DNA of 64,000 bases, taken from IMG/VR virus record IMGVR_UViG_3300045988_117710. One strand, written 5' to 3'. Numbering within the stretch: the stretch's first letter is position 1; each line of letters starts with the position of its first letter. The notes beneath the pieces were generated by a model that did not search any database, was not told where the DNA came from, and saw nothing but the letters and a program-made list of their open reading frames with translations. The translations under genes were made by a program, and so were the position numbers. Shown here one piece after another: positions 57,630 to 64,000 of this stretch. Origin of the DNA: a virus.

Positions 57630-58517
57630 ATGGTTTATGTAAATGGAAATGCAACTGTTTCTATTGATGACAATGGGAGAAGAGTTGTTGAGTGGCCAGA
57701 TGGTGAGGATTTAAGATTAGAGTATCCTTTAAGTATTGATTTAAATATTTCTAATAGATGTTCTAATGGCTGTACTTATTGTTATGCTGGTAATACTCCA
57801 ACTGGTAGGGTTGCAGATTTCTTGACAATGAATTACTTGGATGATATGTTAGCTGGTAGTGAGATTGCTATCAATATTCAATATCCTTTACCAGAGAATT
57901 TTGAGTTCTGGTTAGAGAAGATGAAGAAGCAAGGTGTAATTGTTAATGCTACTATTAATCAATTAGATTTTGAAAGAGATGAAGCTATTATTGATCAGGT
58001 AGCTGATTGGCAAGATAGAGGTTTATTACATGGTATAGGTATTTCATATCGAAGTAATAATTACATTTATGATAAGATAGGGAAACTTAAGAATGTTGTT
58101 ATTCATATGATTGTTGGTATTCATACTCTTGAAGAGATTAGAGCAATGTTATTGAATTATAATGTTTTAGTTCTAGGTTATAAGTTCAAAGAGCGTGGAA
58201 TTACTTATAGTCAAATGAATCAGTTTGTTTCTTCTAGTATTGAGATGTTAAAGCTTCGTGCTGACGAACTTCTTAAGAGTGTTGGTCGTGGGGTTTTATG
58301 CTTTGATACTAAGGCGGTTGAACAGCTTGAACTTAAGAATCATTTATCTGAAGAAGATTGGAATACTTATTATCAAGGTGATGAGGGAACAATTTCATTT
58401 TACATAGATGGTGTCAAAGGTACTTTTAATACTGATTCTCATACTAATGATGAACCAATTCCTATTGATGGAATGTGTATTAAAGATATGTTTAGAGTAA
58501 TAAGAGAGAAGGTGTAA
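57630..58517 (+). CDS. putative radical SAM enzyme
   Basis: CSNGCTYC (CxxxCxxC) cluster at aa 43-50. Confidence 0.4.
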   Translation: MVYVNGNATVSIDDNGRRVVEWPDGEDLRLEYPLSIDLNISNRCSNGCTYCYAGNTPTGRVADFLTMNYLDDMLAGSEIAINIQYPLPENFEFWLEKMKKQGVIVNATINQLDFERDEAIIDQVADWQDRGLLHGIGISYRSNNYIYDKIGKLKNVVIHMIVGIHTLEEIRAMLLNYNVLVLGYKFKERGITYSQMNQFVSSSIEMLKLRADELLKSVGRGVLCFDTKAVEQLELKNHLSEEDWNTYYQGDEGTISFYIDGVKGTFNTDSHTNDEPIPIDGMCIKDMFRVIREKV

Positions 58518-58519
58518 TA

Positions 58520-58996
58520 ATGAAGGTAGTTCGTGAAGGTGTATTTGAAACTAATTCAAGTAGTACTCATAGTTTAGTTTGTGCAAGAAGTATGAGTCCT
58601 GAAGAGTATGTTCCAAATAATTCAACTATTAAAGTTAAGTTTATTGATACTGATGATTTAACTTCTTTACGTACTTTAGCAGAGAAAGTTTCTTATTTAG
58701 TTTCTCATATTGTTAATGGTTATAAGTATAATGCAGCTACTTATGAGAATTTGATAGAAGATGTTAAGAATTCATGGTCTTTTAAGAAATTAAATTACTA
58801 TGTTGAAGAGCATTATAATAAAAGTATAGTATTTCCTGAATCCTATAAGGGAGATTTAGAGGAAATAGTTAATATCAATCATCAATTGATTGAGAGTGAT
58901 TTCGATTCTTTATGTAAAGATATTGTTAGTGAAGATAGAGATTACTTAGGTGAGATTTTATCACCAGATAAAAGTATTGATTTTGGAAGGGATTGA
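58520..58996 (+). CDS. FETNSSS-N-terminus family protein, paralogue 1
   Basis: Begins MKVVREGVFETNSSSTHSL. AGAGAGAAGGTG RBS. Confidence 0.6.
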   Translation: MKVVREGVFETNSSSTHSLVCARSMSPEEYVPNNSTIKVKFIDTDDLTSLRTLAEKVSYLVSHIVNGYKYNAATYENLIEDVKNSWSFKKLNYYVEEHYNKSIVFPESYKGDLEEIVNINHQLIESDFDSLCKDIVSEDRDYLGEILSPDKSIDFGRD

Positions 58997-59610
58997 TTTA
59001 TTTGAAAATTATTCGTGATGGTGTGTTTGAAACTAATTCAAGTAGTTCACATAGTTTAGTCATTAAGAAGAGAACTAAACCTAGGGTTAATGATATTCCT
59101 AGAGGTGTGGAATCATTTCTAGTTAATGAGTATGGTGTTTGTTGTTGCTCTGATGAGTCTGTTGATATTAATCGTCATTATACTCAAGTAGCGAAGTTAT
59201 CTTTTCTACTTAATATGTTAGCAACTGTTTGTAACTATTGTCAAGATTGGGATTTAATGTTTAAAGATTATTCTTATGATGACTATAGATCAGCAATCAA
59301 TAAATACGAGTATATGACTCAGTTCTGGGAAGAGATGATTAATTCACCATATTTTACAATTCTTCAAGATGTTGTATTTGAAGAAACAGGAACTCATATT
59401 GAGTTTGCTCGTCCTGATTCAGATGATATTCCATTCTATGATTGTGTTTATACTGATGATGGTGATGTGGATGAGTTATTAGGTTTTGATATCAAGAACT
59501 TTGATGCTGAATCTTATAAGAAGAGACTTAAAGAAATTCTATTTGATGAGGATATGGTAATTATTGATGCAAGTATTCCTTATGGAATAGAAGGTGATTG
59601 GGATGTCTAA
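58993..59610 (+). CDS. FETNSSS-N-terminus family protein, paralogue 2
   Basis: KIIRDGVFETNSSSSHSL. TTG or internal start overlapping the upstream stop, GGAAGGG RBS. Confidence 0.55.
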   Translation: MIYLKIIRDGVFETNSSSSHSLVIKKRTKPRVNDIPRGVESFLVNEYGVCCCSDESVDINRHYTQVAKLSFLLNMLATVCNYCQDWDLMFKDYSYDDYRSAINKYEYMTQFWEEMINSPYFTILQDVVFEETGTHIEFARPDSDDIPFYDCVYTDDGDVDELLGFDIKNFDAESYKKRLKEILFDEDMVIIDASIPYGIEGDWDV

Positions 59611-60046
59611 TAAGAAGATTCGTGAAGGTGTATTTGAAACTAATTCGAGTTCTAGTAATTCTTTATCAATTGAGTCTTGGAGAGATGATTTAGTGGTTCC
59701 AGAAAGATTATCTTATGTTGAGCTTGAGATGGGAAGAACTTTTGAACACAAGGGTTATGATGAAAGATTTACTGTTTTGTTAAGTCTTTGTGATTCTGCT
59801 GATGATGTGTTTAAGCTTTGTTACAAGTGTTATAAGTTTGGTGTTAAGGAGATAGTTTTACCTAATCCTGATAACTATACTTGTTATGGCAATTCTGATT
59901 ATATTCATGTTTCTGCAGGTGAGATAGATGATTCTGAATATGAACTTCGTGAATGTTTGAAAGATGATGAACTTCTTAAGGGTTGGTTGTTTAATCCAGA
60001 TTCTGAAGTATCTGGTCAAGATGATAATTATTTATGTGATTGGTAG
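59603..60046 (+). CDS. FETNSSS-N-terminus family protein, paralogue 3
   Basis: MSNKKIREGVFETNSSSSNSL. GAAGGTGA RBS then ATG at 59603. Confidence 0.55.
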   Translation: MSNKKIREGVFETNSSSSNSLSIESWRDDLVVPERLSYVELEMGRTFEHKGYDERFTVLLSLCDSADDVFKLCYKCYKFGVKEIVLPNPDNYTCYGNSDYIHVSAGEIDDSEYELRECLKDDELLKGWLFNPDSEVSGQDDNYLCDW

Positions 60047-60053
60047 TGATTAT

Positions 60054-60302
60054 ATGAAGGATTTTAAATTGAAGTGGTACAATTTTCTAGGATTCTTTCG
60101 TTCTGGTTTAGCAAAAGATGTTTTATTAGGATATAGGAAGAGTTCTGGTGAACCTGTTAAGTGTCCTCATTGTAAGTGCAAGAAGTTGGAGACTTATGAG
60201 ACTTTCAGACATGATCAGGGTTTTGTTGAAGAATATTGGGTTAGATGTAGTAAGTGTAAAGAACACGTTGGTACTTGGGCTTACGGATCTTGGATGTTAT
60301 AA
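60054..60302 (+). CDS. zinc-ribbon protein
   Basis: CPHCKC and CSKCKEH. The track ORF is extended upstream; ATG at 60054 follows the upstream stop. Confidence 0.45.
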   Translation: MKDFKLKWYNFLGFFRSGLAKDVLLGYRKSSGEPVKCPHCKCKKLETYETFRHDQGFVEEYWVRCSKCKEHVGTWAYGSWML

Positions 60303-60324
60303 GATGCTATAAAGCATCTTTTTA
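60302..60324 (+). terminator. intrinsic terminator
   Basis: AGATGCT/AGCATCT stem plus TTTTTATTT. Confidence 0.65.
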
Positions 60325-60335
60325 TTTCGTATAAT
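60319..60335 (+). promoter_or_regulatory. promoter, TTTTTATTTCGTATAAT
   Basis: -10 at 60330-60335. Confidence 0.5.
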
Positions 60336-60356
60336 GTTTTAGAAGGAGATGGTTAT

Positions 60357-60842
60357 ATGTATACGAATACTGAGATGTATCAACACGCGAAGTTAGAATT
60401 AGATAAGTTGTTAGAACTTGAGAGAAAGGATAATCTTAAACGTTCTGTAGAAGAGTTAGAGAACGAAGTTGCAATGTTTGATGGCAAGACTCCACAAGAG
60501 TTTATGAATGATGCTATTCTTAATGTTATTGCTTCTATCAATTCAGAAATTAATTCTTATAATTCTATGGATTATTTACTTAATACTGTTTATGATTTAG
60601 TTAAGTTTAGAAATCTTACACCACTTACTTTAGGAGATGAAGAGTGGGTTCATGTTTTAGATGATCCTGATAGAGGAAGTGTTTATCAGAATATTAGAAA
60701 CTTTGCAGTGTTTAAAGATGACAAGAATGGTGTATATCATTCTGATGGACAAGAGATGCTTAATATTGCTTGTGGTAAGTATCCAGAGTCTGGTGAAGTA
60801 ATGGAAGTTTATCAAGATAATGAAGGAGAGTCTAATGAGTAG
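60357..60842 (+). CDS. hypothetical acidic protein
   Basis: Promoter at 60330-60335, AGAAGGAGATGG RBS. Confidence 0.55.
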   Translation: MYTNTEMYQHAKLELDKLLELERKDNLKRSVEELENEVAMFDGKTPQEFMNDAILNVIASINSEINSYNSMDYLLNTVYDLVKFRNLTPLTLGDEEWVHVLDDPDRGSVYQNIRNFAVFKDDKNGVYHSDGQEMLNIACGKYPESGEVMEVYQDNEGESNE

Positions 60843-61131
60843 TTTTAATACAGATTGTAAAATCTTTAAGGAGTTCAAGGGTGAACTTCAAGTTGATGGG
60901 ATGAACATATATACTCCAGAAGTGGTTCAATTTCGTCTTTACACTGATCCAAATACTACAGATGGGTATTTGTTCTATGTGTTTCCAATAACTGCAGGAA
61001 TGGCTTTATTTGGGGATTATTTTGTGCTTAATCAGAAGGATTGTGTAGCTGTAATTACTAAGGGTGATATTGAAGATATGTTTAGAGGAACATTTACTCG
61101 TTCAATTACTGCTGACATTTATAATAATTAA
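60835..61131 (+). CDS. hypothetical protein
   Basis: AAGGAGAG RBS then ATG at 60835. Confidence 0.5.
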   Translation: MSSFNTDCKIFKEFKGELQVDGMNIYTPEVVQFRLYTDPNTTDGYLFYVFPITAGMALFGDYFVLNQKDCVAVITKGDIEDMFRGTFTRSITADIYNN

Positions 61132-61140
61132 TCGTATATT
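61131..61140 (+). promoter_or_regulatory. promoter variant, ATCGTATATTA
   Basis: Same variant as at 49150, again immediately followed by a strong hairpin. Confidence 0.35.
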
Positions 61141-61234
61141 AATAGTGAGGAGTGATCCTCACTATTTTACTAGTGGTGACACAGTTTATTGTATGTTTAG
61201 TAAGTTCACAGTGATGTGAAAGAGGAGTGATTTT

Positions 61235-61606
61235 ATGTTAGGTAATTTTATTGTAGATTTTTTAAATGATTCTTATACTTTTAGTAGACCACTTTCTAAT
61301 AAGGTTAGTGCTTATAAGAGAGACTATGAAGATAAGATAACTATTATTCAAGAAGCATATGGTGTTTCTGAAGATAATATTTCAGTTGAAGTTGTTAAGG
61401 AATATGGAGCTGCTTTTCTAAAGGTTAAGGGTTCTACTAAGAATGATGTTCTTAATGCAACTTTTGAGTTTAGCAATTCTTTTAGAATTGATCCTGATAC
61501 AATTAAGGAAATTAATTATAAGTCTAAAGATGGACTTCTTTATATAGATTTGGTTAAGAAAGAACCAGAGAAACCATCTATCAAAATTAGTAAGGTAGAA
61601 GAATAG
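61235..61606 (+). CDS. hypothetical protein (weak Hsp20/alpha-crystallin-like features)
   Basis: AAGAGGAG RBS. Beta-rich pattern ending LYIDLVKKEPEKPSIKI. Confidence 0.45.
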   Translation: MLGNFIVDFLNDSYTFSRPLSNKVSAYKRDYEDKITIIQEAYGVSEDNISVEVVKEYGAAFLKVKGSTKNDVLNATFEFSNSFRIDPDTIKEINYKSKDGLLYIDLVKKEPEKPSIKISKVEE

Positions 61607-61634
61607 AACTAGATGTCACCTCTAGTTCTTTTTA
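61605..61634 (+). terminator. intrinsic terminator
   Basis: 9-bp stem AGAACTAGA/TCTAGTTCT plus TTTTTATTT. Confidence 0.7.
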
Positions 61635-61645
61635 TTTCGTATAAT
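61629..61645 (+). promoter_or_regulatory. promoter, TTTTTATTTCGTATAAT
   Basis: -10 at 61640-61645. The leader TTTTAGAAGGA is shared with the 60335 promoter. Confidence 0.5.
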
Positions 61646-61667
61646 ATTTTAGAAGGAAGGAGTTTTT

Positions 61668-62036
61668 ATGCTTATTTCTAAAGAAAAGTTTGTGAGTATT
61701 ATGAATGAGCTTAAGGCAATGGATGATGCTTCTAATAGATTGTCTGATGCTTTAAGAGATTATGATAGTACTAGTGATTTTGGTGGTTTTAGTAATTTCA
61801 GAGCAATGGATGTTGCTATTGATTTATTAAATATTTTGGTTCAGGATTTTCCTGCAGAGTATGTTGGTTCTACCATTGAGTATTTCATTTATGATTTAGA
61901 ATGGGGAACAGCTTGGACAGAGGAGAGTATTACTGAAGCCGATGGTACTCCTATTAGACTTTCTACTGTTGAGGAGTTATATGATTATTTAGCAGAGAAT
62001 TATAGTGTAGGAGATGGAGATGAATCAGAGTCCTAA
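61668..62036 (+). CDS. hypothetical acidic protein
   Basis: Promoter at 61640-61645, AGAAGGAAGGAG RBS. Confidence 0.55.
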   Translation: MLISKEKFVSIMNELKAMDDASNRLSDALRDYDSTSDFGGFSNFRAMDVAIDLLNILVQDFPAEYVGSTIEYFIYDLEWGTAWTEESITEADGTPIRLSTVEELYDYLAENYSVGDGDESES

Positions 62037-62241
62037 GTATTTAGTTTATGTTACACAACAGGGTGTAACAGTTCTTGTTTCTTATGATGATATTCAAAGT
62101 CTGATGAAAGGTCAAGATATTCGTGTTGGTAATTCAGATGAGAGATATTATCTAACTATTATTACTTTTAAGAATGGTGTACAAGAACAACAAGCAGTGT
62201 CAGAATCTCAATGGAGATTTTGGGAAGAGGAGAATCGTTGA
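62020..62241 (+). CDS. small hypothetical protein
   Basis: GTAGGAGA RBS then ATG at 62020. Confidence 0.45.
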   Translation: MNQSPKYLVYVTQQGVTVLVSYDDIQSLMKGQDIRVGNSDERYYLTIITFKNGVQEQQAVSESQWRFWEEENR

Positions 62242-62459
62242 TGTTTGATGTTTCTAATGTTATAATAATGTTGTTATGTGTTTATTATCAAGAAGGTAAA
62301 AAGTTGGGTGAGATAGTAGATATTGGAGGAGCAAAGTTTAGGTTAGTTTTATCTGACCAACCTGTTGAGGAAGAACCTGGTGTTTCACTTTTCAGAATTG
62401 GTCCTGTGTCTACTATTGTTAAGTATTTCGAAGGATTGAATGATAATGGAGAAGTTTAA
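62241..62459 (+). CDS. small hypothetical protein
   Basis: GAAGAGGAGA RBS, ATGA stop/start overlap at 62241. Confidence 0.45.
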   Translation: MFDVSNVIIMLLCVYYQEGKKLGEIVDIGGAKFRLVLSDQPVEEEPGVSLFRIGPVSTIVKYFEGLNDNGEV

Positions 62460-63243
62460 GTTTTTTGTAGTTTCTGATGTTCATGGACATTACTCGGAAT
62501 TACGTAGAGCTCTTAAGAGAGCAGGATTTAAGGTTACTGAACCTAGTCATAAGTTGGTTGTGGTTGGTGATTCTTTCGATCGTGGTAGTGAGTCTTATGA
62601 ATTGTATAAGTGGCTTTCTAAACTTATTAAGAAGGGGAAAGCAATTGTGTTGCGAGGTAATCATACCTATTTCTTTGAGTCTGTTCTTAATAAGACAGAG
62701 CGAGGATTTAATTTCCAACACAATGGTTTAGATAAGACAATAGATAGTTTTATGCATCAGACTAGAGCATTTGAGATGTTTCTATTGTTTAATAATTTAG
62801 AGTATAATCAAGAGAGTTTTGATAAGTTTATTTCTTATGTTTCTGATTCTATTCAGAAGGAGTTTCCTACTATTAAGGAAGAAATTGAAGCTCTACCAGA
62901 TTATTTCGAGACTCAGAATTATATTTTTACTCATGGGATCATATTCAATAATCAGGATTTCAGAAATACTCCTACGAGTTATTGGAGGAAAGAGAATCAT
63001 TGGGCAAAGCCAGAAGATTATGCAACTGGTTATTGGAATATGACTGGGAAGACTATTGTTGTAGGTCATTTGGATACTGAAACTATTAAGAGAGCTTTGA
63101 AGAGAAGAGAGCATCTAGAGTTAGTTCAGGATAGGCCTTATCATACTTTGTATGTTAAACAGTTTGATACTTTCTTTTTGGATGGTTGTACTATTTTAAC
63201 AAAGAGAATAAATGTATTGATTGTTGAAGATTTTATGGTATAA
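62440..63243 (+). CDS. PPP-family Ser/Thr protein phosphatase (lambda-phosphatase / ApaH-like)
   Basis: FVVSDVHGH, VVVGDSFDRGSES (GDxxDRG) and LRGNHTYF (GNHE-like) motifs. Confidence 0.6.
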   Translation: MIMEKFKFFVVSDVHGHYSELRRALKRAGFKVTEPSHKLVVVGDSFDRGSESYELYKWLSKLIKKGKAIVLRGNHTYFFESVLNKTERGFNFQHNGLDKTIDSFMHQTRAFEMFLLFNNLEYNQESFDKFISYVSDSIQKEFPTIKEEIEALPDYFETQNYIFTHGIIFNNQDFRNTPTSYWRKENHWAKPEDYATGYWNMTGKTIVVGHLDTETIKRALKRREHLELVQDRPYHTLYVKQFDTFFLDGCTILTKRINVLIVEDFMV

Positions 63244-63250
63244 TGTAAAT

Positions 63251-63264
63251 ATACTTCGTATATA
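63251..63264 (+). promoter_or_regulatory. promoter, ATACTTCGTATAAT, driving an ORF-free transcript
   Basis: -10 at 63259-63264. Confidence 0.45.
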
Positions 63265-63270
63265 ATATTA

Positions 63271-63685
63271 GTAGCATATGTTAGTTCCTTTTTAGTCTTA
63301 CTGGTCAAGAACTTACTAACCGCTACAAACATTACCTCTTAATGTAGAAGCTACTGCAAAAGAATGTTCCTTGTAGCAAATGTTAGCTGGGTTTACCCGG
63401 CGTATCAGTCCTTCGGGACAAGAATTACTGAAGTCCTATTATTCAATGAGGGAAGTCTAATAGGTTGGAGCTATTGAGAGTTCTGTAATCTTTGGGTTAC
63501 ATTCCGCAAGACCTTATTCTACTAATTCTGTTTTTGATTCAGCAAATGAGTGTTCCTTTTATGGAAAATGAAATGGGTTCAATGTCATTACACTCCGCTG
63601 AAGTTTATTTTGAACTTCCTATTGGAAGATGCTTACAACTACATTACGAAGTATTGTTAAGGCACACTTAGGTGTGTCTTTTTCG
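63271..63685 (+). ncRNA. candidate structured non-coding RNA (~415 nt)
   Basis: Bounded by the promoter at 63259-63264 and the terminator at 63662-63685. No ORF of 60 aa or more. GC content is locally higher than the surroundings, with several hairpins such as GTCC-TTCG-GGAC. Confidence 0.35.
63662..63685 (+). terminator. terminator ending the candidate ncRNA
   Basis: GCACAC/GTGTGTC stem plus TTTTT. Confidence 0.5.
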
Positions 63686-63691
63686 TATAAT
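63676..63691 (+). promoter_or_regulatory. promoter, CTTTTTCGTATAAT
   Basis: -10 at 63686-63691. Confidence 0.45.
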
Positions 63692-63714
63692 AATTTAGAA
63701 AGGAATCTAAAGTG

Positions 63715-63743
63715 TTGACTTTTATTTTCCTTTATTATATAAT
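63715..63743 (+). promoter_or_regulatory. promoter TTGACT-N17-TATAAT
   Basis: -35 at 63715-63720, -10 at 63738-63743. Confidence 0.55.
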
Positions 63744-63770
63744 TAACTTATCATTAGAGAGGTGAATGTT

Positions 63771-64000
63771 ATGAGAAAGTTAATGAGCAATGAGGATTGT
63801 ACATACTTATATGATAGGGAGAGTAAGTTATTATATGTTTCTTTATCATTTGAGGATCTTACTAATTTAGATACTTGTGAGGATTATTTTGTGGTTGATG
63901 TTTATAACTATACTGATGGTCCTGATGCTATTTCTGAATTAGTACATTTTTGTAAGGGTTTGGATAGTGTTGAAGATAGATATGAGTCTATTAGAAGTGT
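63771..64000 (+). CDS. hypothetical protein, 3'-truncated at the window edge
   Basis: Consensus promoter at 63715-63743. AGAGAGGTGAA RBS then ATG at 63771. Open to the end of the window. Confidence 0.5.
   Translation, partial: MRKLMSNEDCTYLYDRESKLLYVSLSFEDLTNLDTCEDYFVVDVYNYTDGPDAISELVHFCKGLDSVEDRYESIRS

Noticed and set aside
18826-61620. Terminator loops at 18819-18860 and 61605-61634 both contain TGTCACCTC (the reverse complement of the SD-like GAGGTGACA). Terminators at 14581 and 49219 share CACTCTAT-GAGTG
   Set aside because: The motifs are too short for me to distinguish shared ancestry or function from chance without a genome-wide count.
2279-63043. About 25 short + strand ORFs nested inside larger genes (for example 2279-2473, 3170-3361, 3497-3751, 9233-9427, 15680-15871, 20115-20303, 25066-25320, 30390-30635, 31849-32094, 51045-51236, 52829-53026, 53901-54131, 62477-62731, 62819-63043)
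   Set aside because: All lie in alternative frames of long, motif-bearing genes. They are Leu/Ile-rich products of T-rich frames and lack an RBS.
11629-63332. All minus-strand ORFs in the track (for example 11629-11850, 18232-18462, 20914-21219, 21731-22069, 34913-35350, 63141-63332)
   Set aside because: Each lies antisense to a well-supported + strand gene or to promoter/terminator DNA. There are no RBS-like sequences. The 145-aa ORF at 34913-35350 is an artefact of the repetitive fibre gene.
63271-63685. Looked for a tRNA or tmRNA within the ORF-free transcript (GGTTCAATG T-loop-like segment at ~63562 flanked by GAGTGT/ACACTC)
   Set aside because: Only a single stem can be built. There is no D-arm or anticodon arm and no tRNA-like 3' end. 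It is kept as a generic structured ncRNA candidate.
1-64000. CRISPR arrays, integrase/attachment sites, IS or transposase genes, tRNA genes
   Set aside because: No spaced direct-repeat arrays, no recombinase or transposase motifs, and no cloverleaf candidates were seen. The region looks like a lytic-phage genome segment, not an integrated island.

Overview
The window is a densely packed, AT-rich (roughly 30-33% GC by eye) stretch of tailed-phage genome. All credible genes (about 76) lie on the + strand, and the + strand shows a strong G>C and T>A skew. I infer a virulent, or at least non-integrated, phage of a low-GC spore-forming Firmicute. The host inference rests on a SpoVS homologue, an NrdG-type anaerobic activase, and sigma-A-type TTGACT-N17-TATAAT promoters.

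Content falls into three groups. (i) Three blocks of large S/T/G/N/Y-rich virion proteins at 1-8259, 13105-18804 and 23770-27266 plus 32859-40499. These include a putative major capsid gene, fibre proteins, an SGNH-esterase tail protein and a holin pair. (ii) Replication and nucleic-acid enzymes: a Dam-type methyltransferase, an SF2 helicase, a FEN/RNase H-like nuclease, two metallophosphoesterases, a GIY-YIG nuclease and a PD-(D/E)xK homing-endonuclease-like protein. (iii) An accessory region with several unusual features, listed next.

- A PARP1-like WGR+catalytic ADP-ribosyltransferase.
- A macro-domain protein.
- An RNA-polymerase alpha-CTD-like protein.
- An RNA-repair and nucleotide-metabolism island: a T4 Rnl1-like ligase, a phosphoesterase-ligase fusion, a PNK-HD kinase/phosphohydrolase, a Pol-beta nucleotidyltransferase, a dNK-like kinase, a PNP/MTAN-like nucleosidase and NrdG.
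- A GHKL ATPase operon.
- A four-member paralogous family defined only by a shared N-terminus (VREGVFETNSSS[ST]HS).

Transcription signals are unusually regular. There are about 19 copies of a TTTTTCGTATAAT-type promoter. Many sit directly on the U-tract of an upstream intrinsic terminator, and in several the -35 TTGACT lies inside the terminator hairpin arm. Two promoter/5'-UTR pairs are duplicated. One promoter precedes a terminator-containing leader upstream of the phosphoesterase-ligase gene. One promoter-terminator unit of about 415 nt near the 3' end contains no ORF and looks like a structured ncRNA gene.

Product calls were made by reading motifs by eye; no database search was possible.
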